From: Kofleriaceae bacterium
Lineage (GTDB): Bacteria; Myxococcota_A; Polyangia; Haliangiales; Haliangiaceae
Reading direction: 5' to 3'
Length of the DNA: 64,000 bases
Assembly: GCA_965215005.1 (NCBI GenBank)
Contig: CBDCCZ010000010.1
Span: 128,001 to 192,000, forward strand
Shown here piece after piece: positions 32,979 to 42,614 of this stretch. Made by a program: the position numbers and the translations under genes. Position 1 is the first letter of the stretch. The number at the start of each line of letters is the position of its first letter. The notes beneath the pieces were generated by a model. The model was not told the DNA's origin. It was given only the letters and a program-made list of their open reading frames with translations, and searched no databases.

Positions 32979-34434
32979 CGCCAGCGAGGATCTGATCGTA
33001 ATCGAGGCTGCCGTCGGGCTTGAGGAACCGCACGCGAACCGTATCGCTCAGCGGGTCGAACGTGAGCAGACATCCGCGTGGCGCGGTTTGGCTGTACTCG
33101 AAGTTCGAGCCGTACGCCCCGACTCCGAGATTGCCGCCGGTCACCGCGATTTCCCGACAGCGATCGGCGAGAGAGTCGCTGGTGCCAACCCGCGACACGA
33201 AGTTGACGTGCAGGTCGCCACTTAGAAACCAGGCGTTTTCGATGCCGCGGTTGTTGATGTGCTCGAGCAGCTCGGTCCGCGCAGCGCGATAGCCCTCCCA
33301 GCGGTCATTCCGAACGATGTCGAAATAGAACGGCATGTCGGTAATTGGCACCGAGTTGGCGACGACTTTGAATTGGCAGGGGCTATCGGCGAGCCGCTGT
33401 TTGAGAAAGTCCATCTGCGGCCGACTCAAGTATTCGCCTGTGATGGGCGGATTTCGCTCATAGCGACAATCGAGAATGATGATCTCTGCGGTCATGCCCC
33501 ACCGAAAGCTGCGCCATAGCTGAAACGGATCCGGCAACGGCGCGATCGGCATGGCTCGGAAGTACGCTTCACGGCCATTGTCGATGCGTTCGATGTCGCG
33601 CTCGTCCATCGACCACGGGTCGACAGCGCTGTTATCGGTGATCTCGTGGTCATCCCAGGTCGCGTACAGGCCCGCCTTGGCGTAGCAGCGCCGCATCCCT
33701 TCAGAGCCGAGGTAGTAGCGCCAGGCATCGAGATATTGCGCTTTGCTGCCGCCGGCAGCGAAAACTCGATCCATATATGCCGCATCACCGAGATGCAGAA
33801 ACATGTCGTAGTCGTTCTGCGCGGTGACCTCGAGCGCCGGGTAGCGAAACGGTGCCGCGGGTGGCGCAGCAGGATCGACGTACCCGCCATTGCACGCGCT
33901 GATCGCGACGGTCAGCGGCGCGACCATGCCGTCGGCCAGCGCGGTCCGCACCGTGCCAATGAGGCTGCGAGAAGCGAATTCTCCTGCTCGTCCCGCGCCC
34001 ATCGCTGGCGAGAAATAGCCGTAGCGATATGAGGCTCCTGGCATCAGTCCCGAGACGGCCGTCTGCATGTAGCCCGCCGCATCGGGCGTGACCTCATGCT
34101 CGGCAACGAGCTCGACGGTGCCCGGTAGCAGCCCCTCCTGCCACACGCGCAGAAGCTTGTCGCCGCCATCGGCAGCGAAACCGGCGATCACCATGGAGCT
34201 CGGCATCATCTCGCCGGCCATGCACGCGCTGGGAAAGATCGCATCATTCTGCGGCACCGCCAGTGGGTCGAAGTCGATCGGCTGGGCGGCATCTGGAGTC
34301 GGCGCGTCGGGCGCGGCGTCGGCGCCCGCGCCGGCATCGACGAGGCCGTCGTCCATCGCCGGACTATCGCAAGCGCCCAGCGCACGAGCTGCCGCTACCG
34401 ATGCCGTCAAGCGCAAAAAGTCGCGGCGCTTCAC
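32968..34434 (-). CDS. phoD: PhoD-type alkaline phosphatase, Tat-exported lipoprotein
   Basis: MKRRDFL Tat motif, LGAC lipobox, HLGDAAY, WDDHEITDN, LDCRYER, DRWEGY, SGDLH. Confidence 0.85.
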   Translation of the reverse strand: MKRRDFLRLTASVAAARALGACDSPAMDDGLVDAGAGADAAPDAPTPDAAQPIDFDPLAVPQNDAIFPSACMAGEMMPSSMVIAGFAADGGDKLLRVWQEGLLPGTVELVAEHEVTPDAAGYMQTAVSGLMPGASYRYGYFSPAMGAGRAGEFASRSLIGTVRTALADGMVAPLTVAISACNGGYVDPAAPPAAPFRYPALEVTAQNDYDMFLHLGDAAYMDRVFAAGGSKAQYLDAWRYYLGSEGMRRCYAKAGLYATWDDHEITDNSAVDPWSMDERDIERIDNGREAYFRAMPIAPLPDPFQLWRSFRWGMTAEIIILDCRYERNPPITGEYLSRPQMDFLKQRLADSPCQFKVVANSVPITDMPFYFDIVRNDRWEGYRAARTELLEHINNRGIENAWFLSGDLHVNFVSRVGTSDSLADRCREIAVTGGNLGVGAYGSNFEYSQTAPRGCLLTFDPLSDTVRVRFLKPDGSLDYDQILAGVRL

Positions 34435-35528
34435 GGCGCGACCTCGGCCTCGCGAGCGCCAGAGAATCGCGCCTCGGGCCGCTGCACCTGACGCGAAAAC
34501 TCGATAGCGCCGTTGCTGTCATAGAAGCGTCCCGTCATCGCCGCGTCGTCGATCTCTACATAGAGAAACCCGACCTTGGAGTCGTCTTGCCAGTGCACGC
34601 GGTTGCCGCGGTCTTTGAGCGGGCGCAACTTGCTGCCGGCGCCACTCACGATCAGCTCGGCACCACACAGCGCCGCCGGCTCATCGAGCCACTCGCGGTC
34701 GTGATCGTGCCCCGACAGATACACATCGACGGTTCCACACACCTGCTCGTCGAAGAACCGCCGCAGTCGCACGCCGCTCAGCTCCGGGATTGGGATGGGC
34801 AATTCGACGCCGCCGAGCTCCAGAGCATCGTAGCTGCCGGCGTTGCCATGCGAGCCATTGGAACGGTACGGGTGGTGCCCCGCTGCGAAAATCCACTCCA
34901 CGCCCTGCGCCTGCAGGTCGGCAACCGCCGCCGGATACCACTGCGCTTGATCACCGTGGGTGGTGCTGTCCCAGACGATGCTGTTGGTGTCGAGCACGAT
35001 GAAGCCGACGCGCCCCCACGTGAAGGTGTAGTGGGTCGCGGGCATCACCCACTTATCCGAGCGTTCGCTGTACTGAACCTCGAGCGGTCCCTTCCACCAC
35101 TCGTTGCCGAGCCCGGGCACATCGAAGCCGAGCTGGCCACCGTAATCGTGGTTGCCAAGCACCGCGAAGAACGGTGCGTCGACGTCGGCGTAGGGAATCT
35201 CGAACTTGTAGCGCCACTGCGGGTCGTCAACCGAGTCGACGCCATCGTCATAGATGTTGTCGCCAAGCAGCAGGACGAAATCGCAACCCTGCGTCGCACA
35301 CACCGCAGAGACGGCCTGCGCGACCTCGAGCTGCGCTTGATTGCCCTCCCCGGTGTCGCCCATGACCACGAAGCGGACCGGCGGCGGTCCCGCGTCGGGC
35401 TCCGCATCGGGCATGCTTTGCGCCCCATCGCCGGGTGGCCCGGCGTCCGCGAGCGCACCAACCTCATCGGAGGAGGAGCAGCCAATTATCGAAAGCAGTG
35501 CGAGACAACAACCGAGCTTCGACAACAC
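34431..35528 (-). CDS. purple/tartrate-resistant acid phosphatase-like metallophosphoesterase lipoprotein
   Basis: MGDTG, LGDNIY, LGNHDY, GHHP, SGHDH; lipobox IIGC; TACAAT 6 nt before GTG 35528. Confidence 0.9.
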   Translation of the reverse strand: MLSKLGCCLALLSIIGCSSSDEVGALADAGPPGDGAQSMPDAEPDAGPPPVRFVVMGDTGEGNQAQLEVAQAVSAVCATQGCDFVLLLGDNIYDDGVDSVDDPQWRYKFEIPYADVDAPFFAVLGNHDYGGQLGFDVPGLGNEWWKGPLEVQYSERSDKWVMPATHYTFTWGRVGFIVLDTNSIVWDSTTHGDQAQWYPAAVADLQAQGVEWIFAAGHHPYRSNGSHGNAGSYDALELGGVELPIPIPELSGVRLRRFFDEQVCGTVDVYLSGHDHDREWLDEPAALCGAELIVSGAGSKLRPLKDRGNRVHWQDDSKVGFLYVEIDDAAMTGRFYDSNGAIEFSRQVQRPEARFSGAREAEVAP

Positions 35529-35674
35529 GAGCGCATTGTAAGGCAATGGCTAGACCAGCGGGTCACACAATCGCTGCACCTGCGGGTCGAAGTGGGTACA
35601 CGCGAAGCGCCGCTCGGGCACAACCCGCCGACGCTCGAACGGCTCTGAGGCCCCAAGCCGCTCGCGTTGACGCG

Positions 35675-37064
35675 CTACGCCAACATCGCGGGGATGATGC
35701 CGCCTGCGACGTTATCAGCTCCGAAAGAATCGTAGTAGCCGCCGTTGCCATTGGTGAGCCCAACGGCGCTGAGGATCGTGTTTAGCAACTTGTTGTGGGT
35801 GACGTCGCCAGCGTCAATGTACTGCCCGGTTCGCAAGAAGCCACCGGCACCGCCGGCCAGGACCTGCGGCAGATTGAGATGTGAGTGGCCCGGGGCCGGT
35901 CGCGAGGTCGTTGGTCCACAACGCGACGGTATCGTCGAGCAGTGGACCACCGCTCGGGCCCGCATACATCGCCAGTCGATCGAGGAGATGACGGAACAGG
36001 CGCGCATGCAGGCGATCGATCTTGTGATGTAAGAGATCTGCCCCGGCGATGGGCGTGCCCTCGATGCCGTCGCCGTCGATGCGGTGGCTAATGCGATGAT
36101 AGGAGCTCTGCAGCTGACCATCGATGTAGTAGCGGGTGCCGTCGTTGCCGCTGCCCATCTGCATGGTCGCGGTCCGGTTCAAATCGGTCGCAAACGCCAG
36201 CGCGATGATGTTCATGTGCATCCGCGCGACCGCAACGCGGTTGGCGTTGTCCGCGGCGGCGCCTTGGATGTCTTTCATCGCCTGAACTTCGCTATCCGCC
36301 AAGGTATCAGTGATTCCCAGCTCGAGATCGCGGATGGCTGCAAAGTGCAGCTCGAGCCGCTGGCGATCGTCGGCGGATAGATCGGCTTTGCCGAGCAGCT
36401 CCTGCATGTCATCGCGGACCAAGTCGTTGACGCTGGTGCGCCGCGCGGCGATGGCCGCTCGGACCTCTTCGTTGCCTTCGGCGAGCCCCACCATGCCGGT
36501 GTAGACGTCGAACGGGTTGCTTTGCGCGCCTCGCAGCTGCCGGGGGCCACTATAGGAGAGACCGGCGCCGTGGTAGGCCCGCTGCGGACCGCTCATGAGA
36601 GTGAGGGGGTCAACTCCCACGGGATTGCACTCCTGCGCGATGCGCCAGTCAATCGACTCGTGATCCGAGAGCGACTCCCTGCCCTCTCCGGTGACTTTGC
36701 CAGCCGTAAGGCATTGGTTGATGCCGCCGGAGTGAGCACAGCCGTTACCGCGTTGGGCGTGGCGGGTCCCGCGCACCAAGAGCAGCTTGTCGGCATACGC
36801 CGCTAGCTCGCTCACGGCCCGATCGCCATCGATCGCCGATAGGGATTCCTTTGTGAGCTGGCCGAGCTTGCGCGGCCAGAAGCGCTCGGGCTCATTGCCG
36901 GAGCGCTGCTGACAACCATTGCCTTGCTTCATGAACACCGAGTACACGATGCGCTCGTTGCCCGCCGCTTGGGCGCGACGGTCGGTGAAGCGAACACTCT
37001 CGAGAAACGGCAGCGCCAGTACCGCGCTGCCGAGACCTTGCAGGAACCGTCGACGAAGAATCAT
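35675..37064 (-). pseudogene. DUF1552 protein copy B with a +1 frameshift near 35890 (pseudogene or sequencing error)
   Basis: ORFs 35814-37064 and 35675-36121 join into a full paralogue of 37074-38462 if one G is removed from ccc-GGG-cc (reads ATGPGHSHLNLP). Confidence 0.8.
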
Positions 37065-37073
37065 GGTGACGCG

Positions 37074-38462
37074 CTACGCCAACATCGCCGGGATGATGCC
37101 GCCTTCGAGGTCATCGGCCCCGAAGGAATCGTAGTAGCCGCCGTTGCCATTGGTGAGCCCCACAGCGCTGAGGATCGTGTTCAGCAGCTTGTTGTGAGTG
37201 ACGTTGCCCGCGTCGATGTACTGGCCGGTTCGCAAGAAGCCACCGGCACCGCCGGCCAAGACCTGCGGCAGGTTTTGGTAGGAGTGCGGCGGTCCATTGG
37301 CGAGGTCGTTGGTCCACAGCGCAACGGTGTCATCGAGCAGCGGCCCACCGCTCGGGCCGGTGTACATCGCCAGTCGATCGAGGAGATGGCGGAACACGCG
37401 CGCATGAAGGCGATCGATCTTGTGATGGAGGAGATCCGCCCCAGCGATGGCCGTGCCCTCGCCGCCGTCGCTGTCGATGCGGTGGCTAATCCGATGATAG
37501 GAGTTCTGCAGCTGGCCATCGATGTAGTAGCGGGTGCCGTCGTTGCCGCTGCCCATCTGCATGGTCGCGGTCCGGTTCAAGTCGGTCGCAAAGGCCAGCG
37601 CGATGATGTTCATGTGCATCTCGGCGACCCGGACGCGGTTGGCGTTGTCCGCGGCGGCGCCTTGGATGTCTTTCATCGCCTGGATCTCGCTTTCCGCCAG
37701 GGTGCCAGTCATTCCCAGCTCGAGATCGCGGATGGCCGCAAAGTGCATCTCGAGCCGCTGGCGGTCATCGGCGGATAAATCGGCTTTGCCGAGCAGCTCT
37801 TGCATGTCATCGCGCACCAAGTCGTTGACGCTGGTGCGCCGCGCTGCAATGGCCGCTCGGACTTCTTCATTGCCTTCGGCGATGCCCACCATACCGGTGT
37901 AGACGTCGAACGGATTGTTTTGCGCGCCGCGAAGCTGCCGCGGTCCACTGTAGGAAAGACCGGCGCCGATGTAAGCCTGCTGCGGGCCGCTCATGAGAGT
38001 GAGCGGCTCCACGCCCACGGGGTTGCACTCCTGCGCGATCCGCCAGTCAATCGACTCGTGATCCGAGAGCGAGTCTTTGCCCTGTCCGGTGACCTTGCCG
38101 GCCGTGAGACACTGGTTGAGACCGCCGGAGTGACCGCAGCCGTTACCGCCTTGAGCGTGGCGGGTTCCGCGCACTAGCAGCAGCTTATCGGCGTACGCGG
38201 CGAGCTCGCTCACGGCGCGATCGCCGTTGACCGAGGTTAGTGACTCGCTGGTGAGCTGACCGAGCTCGCGCGGCCAGAAGCGCTCGGGCTCGTTGCCAAG
38301 CTGCTGTTGGCAGCCATTTCCTTGCTTCATGAACACCGAGTACACGATGCGCTCGTTGCCCGCTGCTTGGGCGCGACGGTCGGTGAAGCGAACACTCTCG
38401 AGAAACGGCAGCGCCAGCACCGCGCCGCCAAGACCTTGCAAGAATCGTCGACGAAGAATCAT
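37074..38462 (-). CDS. DUF1552 (HXXSHH) family Tat-exported protein, copy A
   Basis: RRRFLQGLGGAVLALPFLES signal, SIDWRIA, ALAFATDLNRTAT, YHRISH, LLDDT, HNKLL. Confidence 0.88.
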   Translation of the reverse strand: MILRRRFLQGLGGAVLALPFLESVRFTDRRAQAAGNERIVYSVFMKQGNGCQQQLGNEPERFWPRELGQLTSESLTSVNGDRAVSELAAYADKLLLVRGTRHAQGGNGCGHSGGLNQCLTAGKVTGQGKDSLSDHESIDWRIAQECNPVGVEPLTLMSGPQQAYIGAGLSYSGPRQLRGAQNNPFDVYTGMVGIAEGNEEVRAAIAARRTSVNDLVRDDMQELLGKADLSADDRQRLEMHFAAIRDLELGMTGTLAESEIQAMKDIQGAAADNANRVRVAEMHMNIIALAFATDLNRTATMQMGSGNDGTRYYIDGQLQNSYHRISHRIDSDGGEGTAIAGADLLHHKIDRLHARVFRHLLDRLAMYTGPSGGPLLDDTVALWTNDLANGPPHSYQNLPQVLAGGAGGFLRTGQYIDAGNVTHNKLLNTILSAVGLTNGNGGYYDSFGADDLEGGIIPAMLA

Positions 38463-38464
38463 GT

Positions 38465-40132
38465 TTAGGCTCCAGTCTTGGGGGCGGCGCGAAAGCGAAA
38501 TACTCGGCTCTGAACCAATCGCTCGACCAGCTCGCGAATCGGAGCACCGTCGAGCGATGCTTGCGTCAGCTCGTCTACAAACGGCGCATCGGTGGCAGCG
38601 ACGCCGCGACCAGTGGCGTACTCGAAGAGGTGCGAGATGTAACAGGAGTGCACCTCGGGCGCCTCGGCGAGCTGCCAGCTCAAGTCGACGCCGTCTTGGA
38701 AGCTAATGCTGCGGCCATCGGCGAATTCGTAGGTGTCGGCAGCGTTTACCGGCAGTCCGCTCTCTTCGGTGCGGAATCTACCAACCGCGTCGTAGCCTTC
38801 GAGCGCAAAGCCTACGGGATTGATCATGCTGCCGTGGCACGCCTCGCCGCAGGTGCCTGGACCGGTGAGGCTGTTGACCCGTTCGCGATTGGTATCGCCA
38901 ACCGCCATCAGGTCGTCGGGCAGATTCGGTACCGCAGAGAGCGGTCGGCAGAGAATGTTGAGATTGATGAACACACCGCGGTGGATGGGATCGGATTCAC
39001 GAGCGGTTGCGTTCTTGGCGAGAAATCCGAGCCGGGTGAGAATGCCCGCTCGCTGCAAGCCATCGAGCTCCACCTCCACCAGCTCGTCGCCGAAGTCGCC
39101 TTCGAGACCGTAGAGCGGCGCCAGGTCGGCATTCACAAACGCGGTCGTCGAGGTGAGGATGTCGGCAATGCTGCCTTCGCTGTCGAAGATGATGTTTTCG
39201 AGGAACCTCTGCGCCTCGTCCTGCATCGACTCGCCAATCTGCCGACGCCACGACTCGTACACCTCGTCGCTCTTGTCGAGGTCGGCGTAGTCGCGCATCT
39301 CGTAGGCTTGGAAGTGAAAGCCGGCGAAGGCGCGCCGGGTGCGCGGGTCATCGAGCATCCGCCGCGTTTGCGCTTGCACGCCCTCGGCGGTCTCTAGAGC
39401 GCCCTCGGCGGCCGCCGCAAACAGCGCATCGTCGGGCATGGTGTTCCAGAGCAGGTACGCGAGCCGGGTGGCGACCTCATAGCCCGAAAGCGCAACGGCG
39501 CCGTCCTTCACGTCGCTCGAAAGCTCGGCGCGATAGATGAAGAACGGCGACTGCAGCATCGAGGCGACGACGTGCCGAACTCCGGCAACGCTTGCGTCGA
39601 GCTCGGGATAATGCGCCGTGCCCGCCTCGAATTGCGCCACGTAGCGCTCAATCTCAGCGGCCGCGAGCGGACGACGGAACGCGCGCATGCCGAAGCGCTC
39701 CACGAAGGCGCTGGCGCGCGCCTCACCCTCCGGAAGATCGGCCGTGAGCGCGGCGCGCAGCGACTCGTCTTCGGTCACGCGCGCGGCCATCTGCTCGGCC
39801 GCCACTTGATAGTCCCGCCACTGACCGGAGCTGACCTTGAGCCGGTCGATGTTGTTCTCGAATCGGCCTAGCGGCGGATCGGCATCGAAGGAACCGGCCA
39901 ACCCTGGCGCCTGGGGCAAGCCGAACAGGTCTTGTACGGTGTTCTCCCACTGCGCGTGAGTGAGACGCGGAAACCGGCTCAGCTCGGCAACGACGGTGTC
40001 ACGGTCGGCCTCGCCACCGCTACCGCTACCGCCCGGCCCCTCGCCAGGTCCAAAGATGCGGCCGTCGCAGCCAGCGCCAGTCGCCAGGAGCGCACCGAGG
40101 AGAACGGATGCCAGATGTTGCTTTAAATCCAT
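38465..40132 (-). CDS. DUF1587/1595/1592/1588/1585 (PSD/PSCyt3) domain lipoprotein
   Basis: RLTHAQWENTVQDL, AFRRPL, LQSPFFIYR, ATRLAYLLWNTMPD, RAGIL..PIHRG, CEACH-like CGEACH, NPVGFALE; lipobox GAGC. Confidence 0.88.
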   Translation of the reverse strand: MDLKQHLASVLLGALLATGAGCDGRIFGPGEGPGGSGSGGEADRDTVVAELSRFPRLTHAQWENTVQDLFGLPQAPGLAGSFDADPPLGRFENNIDRLKVSSGQWRDYQVAAEQMAARVTEDESLRAALTADLPEGEARASAFVERFGMRAFRRPLAAAEIERYVAQFEAGTAHYPELDASVAGVRHVVASMLQSPFFIYRAELSSDVKDGAVALSGYEVATRLAYLLWNTMPDDALFAAAAEGALETAEGVQAQTRRMLDDPRTRRAFAGFHFQAYEMRDYADLDKSDEVYESWRRQIGESMQDEAQRFLENIIFDSEGSIADILTSTTAFVNADLAPLYGLEGDFGDELVEVELDGLQRAGILTRLGFLAKNATARESDPIHRGVFINLNILCRPLSAVPNLPDDLMAVGDTNRERVNSLTGPGTCGEACHGSMINPVGFALEGYDAVGRFRTEESGLPVNAADTYEFADGRSISFQDGVDLSWQLAEAPEVHSCYISHLFEYATGRGVAATDAPFVDELTQASLDGAPIRELVERLVQSRVFRFRAAPKTGA

Positions 40133-40167
40133 GGGAGCTCGCACCTCTTGGTTCGGCGTCCCTAATG

Positions 40168-40182
40168 GCAAGCGCGGTGCCA
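40168..40182 (-). promoter_or_regulatory. sigma54 -24/-12 promoter of the DUF1592-DUF1552 operon
   Basis: TGGCACCGCGCTTGC, a full match to TGGCAC-N5-TTGC. Confidence 0.7.
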
Positions 40183-40343
40183 GCGGCTTCACGCCCGCAA
40201 CTACACGGCTTTTGCGCTGCTAGTCGCGTACCCGTGGGAGAATGCACCCCCCATGCGAGGGGTGCGGCCCCAGAGCCGAGGTGAGCGCAGCGGGGCGCGG
40301 GGCAGCGCCGCTCCGCCAACCGCGCCCTTGGCGGCAACAGCGG

Positions 40344-41681
40344 CTACGGCTGGCGGCGATCGCCGTGGAACGTCGCGCCCTCGAGCGGCGCGCCCTGCCC
40401 GGCTACCCGCACCTGTCCTTCCCAGCTACCACGACGAAGTACATCGACCTGGCGATCGCCATCGTCGTCGAGCACCTCGGCCTTACCCGCGATGGCCAGC
40501 TCGATCCCGGCAGCATCGAGGCTGGCGATGCGCTCGTGAACCGTCGCTGCTGCGGCATCGAGAGCTAGCGTGCAAGCGCCGGCATACAGGCGTGGAGAGC
40601 CGATCCCGAGCTGATCGGCGATCGCCTGGCCCACTTGCTGGCAATTGATTAGCGACGCAAGCAGGCTGGGGAGATCGGAAGCGCGGTCGTCGATGCGCGG
40701 GATGATGACATCCTCGAGCGCGGCTAGCAGCAGCGCTCCGTACGACAGCGACAGCGAATGGTCATCGAGGTGGACGCGCGCTTCCTCTTCCAGCATGCAG
40801 CCGATGCCTTCACTGCTCACCTCGCCCATGCCGAGCTCGCTGGCGGCGTAGCGATGCATCACGCCGTCGAGCTCGAAGTGGGCGCCGGTGATCGCGTGAC
40901 TTGCAGTAAGACCGTCGTCGACCGCGGCGATGGTGAGCGCCGAGTCGGTTCCGAAGCGCCGAGCCACCTGCCCCAAGTCGTCGCCAAGCGCCACGAGATG
41001 GGCGATTGCATCGGGCGCCACCGATAGCAGCACTTCATTGAGAATCGCATCGAGCGCTGGCCGGGCAGCCCGCAACAGCTGCTCGATCGCGCGGTTGTTG
41101 ATCTGACTCTGGGTGACGTCTAGCAGCCAGGTTGCCGGATCGTACGGATCGTCGGTCATCTCAAGGAAGCCGTTGATGACGTCGCCGGCAGCGCCTGGAA
41201 TGCCGCTAACCAGATCGAGCTCGCTCGCTACCTCATACGTCCCCACCACCGAGAGCGGCACCGGCACGGTCACCGCGACCGTCCATTCGACCTCGGCGGC
41301 TTCGGCGGCGGAGGCGCGCACGCGGAAGGCGGCCTCTTGCATATCGCCGGCGGCGAGCTGCACGGTGGCCACGCCATCGGCTCCCGTGACCGCGCTCGCG
41401 GCACCTAAAGTGGCCCCGCCGGCGGCACCTACCAGCTCGAAGCTGACCTCGCCCGCGAGCGGCCCGCCGTCGCCAGAGTGATAGCGAACCGACAGCTGGT
41501 GGGCCGAGCCGGCGTCGAGGAAGACGTTGGCGTCGCCGACGATGGTGAGGCTTGCAGTCCCTGGCTCTGCACCAGAGCCTCCCGCATCGCCATCGGCGTG
41601 GCTGTCGGAGTCGCCGCAGCCGCTTGCCAGCAGCAACGTGAACAGAATCGCAAAGGAAGAGGAAAAGGAATAGGATTTCAT
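40344..41681 (-). CDS. hypothetical lipoprotein with N-terminal Ig-like (Big-1-like) segment
   Basis: LLASGC lipobox; AVTGADGVATVQL Ig-like motif. Confidence 0.75.
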   Translation of the reverse strand: MKSYSFSSSFAILFTLLLASGCGDSDSHADGDAGGSGAEPGTASLTIVGDANVFLDAGSAHQLSVRYHSGDGGPLAGEVSFELVGAAGGATLGAASAVTGADGVATVQLAAGDMQEAAFRVRASAAEAAEVEWTVAVTVPVPLSVVGTYEVASELDLVSGIPGAAGDVINGFLEMTDDPYDPATWLLDVTQSQINNRAIEQLLRAARPALDAILNEVLLSVAPDAIAHLVALGDDLGQVARRFGTDSALTIAAVDDGLTASHAITGAHFELDGVMHRYAASELGMGEVSSEGIGCMLEEEARVHLDDHSLSLSYGALLLAALEDVIIPRIDDRASDLPSLLASLINCQQVGQAIADQLGIGSPRLYAGACTLALDAAAATVHERIASLDAAGIELAIAGKAEVLDDDGDRQVDVLRRGSWEGQVRVAGQGAPLEGATFHGDRRQP

Positions 41682-41714
41682 AGCGCTGCCCCCTGTTGGT
41701 TGCGAGGCGCACAC

Positions 41715-41730
41715 TGCAGCCGGTATGCCA
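41715..41730 (-). promoter_or_regulatory. putative sigma54 promoter
   Basis: TGGCATACCGGCTGCA, GG-N10-GC spacing. Confidence 0.55.
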
Positions 41731-41850
41731 CACCGGCCTACAACAATGCCGCGGACTTACACCGACCCTCCCACTAGCCGGGGACAGAAGACCCGGATGG
41801 AGGAGCAGCCGCTACGGAGAAGGTGGGGTCTTCACACCGATGCGCGCTCC

Positions 41851-42402
41851 TCAGCGTTTGGCGAGCAGCTCGTCGAGCCTGAGCACCGGCCGCAGCGGCT
41901 TCGCCAAACGGAGGATCTCGACCGCCACGCCATCGAAGCGCTCGATTCGCTGGCCACCGTCGGCGACCAAGCCAAGGGTTTCATAAAAGCGCCGCGCGGG
42001 GGCGTTGCCGGCAACCACCCAGAGAACCAGCCATCGCCAGCCCTGCCGCTCGAGCGCGGCACACGCCGTTTGCATCAGCTGGCGGCCTGCGCCCCGCTGC
42101 GTCGCCTGTGGATGAACGTACAGCATGCGGATCTCACCGGCGAAGTCCGCATGCGCCCGCTCGTGACAGGGCCCAAAGGTCACGAACCCAACCAGCTCGT
42201 CATCGAGCATCGCCACCCGAACGCTGCTGCAGCCGGCCGCCGAGGACAATCGCTGTCGCCACGTCCGCGCCAGCTCCGAGGCGGAGAGTCGCGCTAGATA
42301 GGTTGCCGGCAGCAGCCCGCGGCCATAGGCAGCGCGCCAGCTCGCCACGTGCACCCGTGCAAGCGCCTCTGCGGCGCTCTCATTGGGCACACCTACAATC
42401 AT
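41851..42402 (-). CDS. GNAT family N-acetyltransferase
   Basis: VHVASWRAAY, GEIRMLYVHP..QRGAGRQL, LWVVAGNAPARRFYE. Confidence 0.92.
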   Translation of the reverse strand: MIVGVPNESAAEALARVHVASWRAAYGRGLLPATYLARLSASELARTWRQRLSSAAGCSSVRVAMLDDELVGFVTFGPCHERAHADFAGEIRMLYVHPQATQRGAGRQLMQTACAALERQGWRWLVLWVVAGNAPARRFYETLGLVADGGQRIERFDGVAVEILRLAKPLRPVLRLDELLAKR

Positions 42403-42453
42403 GAGGAACGCTAGCGCAACCCGCGGCTCGCGCCCAGCCGCGCCAGGCGTCTG

Positions 42454-42602
42454 CTAGTGATTCACGGCGGAAGTCGTGAACCGCTAGCAAAACAACAATC
42501 GCTTTGGTAGCCGCCGAGGGGGCGTGTGAGGAGCAGAAATATGCGCCCTTGCCCCGCATCGGGGCGGCGGATTTCTGCATCATCAATCCCGCGGCGTACT
42601 AG
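42454..42602 (+). mobile_element. ~150-bp hairpin-rich MITE-like repeat, copy 1
   Basis: Begins and ends with CTAG; its reverse complement aligns end to end with 44269-44421. Confidence 0.7.
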
Positions 42603-42614
42603 TGTCGCCTGCTG

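Noticed and set aside
34263..35648. 461-aa plus-strand ORF and similar long antisense ORFs (50773-51834, 54106-55125, 6067-7038)
   Set aside because: Each lies opposite a gene with clear family motifs
42454..42602. yybP-ykoY (Mn2+) riboswitch upstream of UPF0016/TerC genes
   Set aside because: The context fits, but I could not find the riboswitch consensus, and a second copy lies inverted downstream of the TerC gene, which a cis riboswitch would not explain
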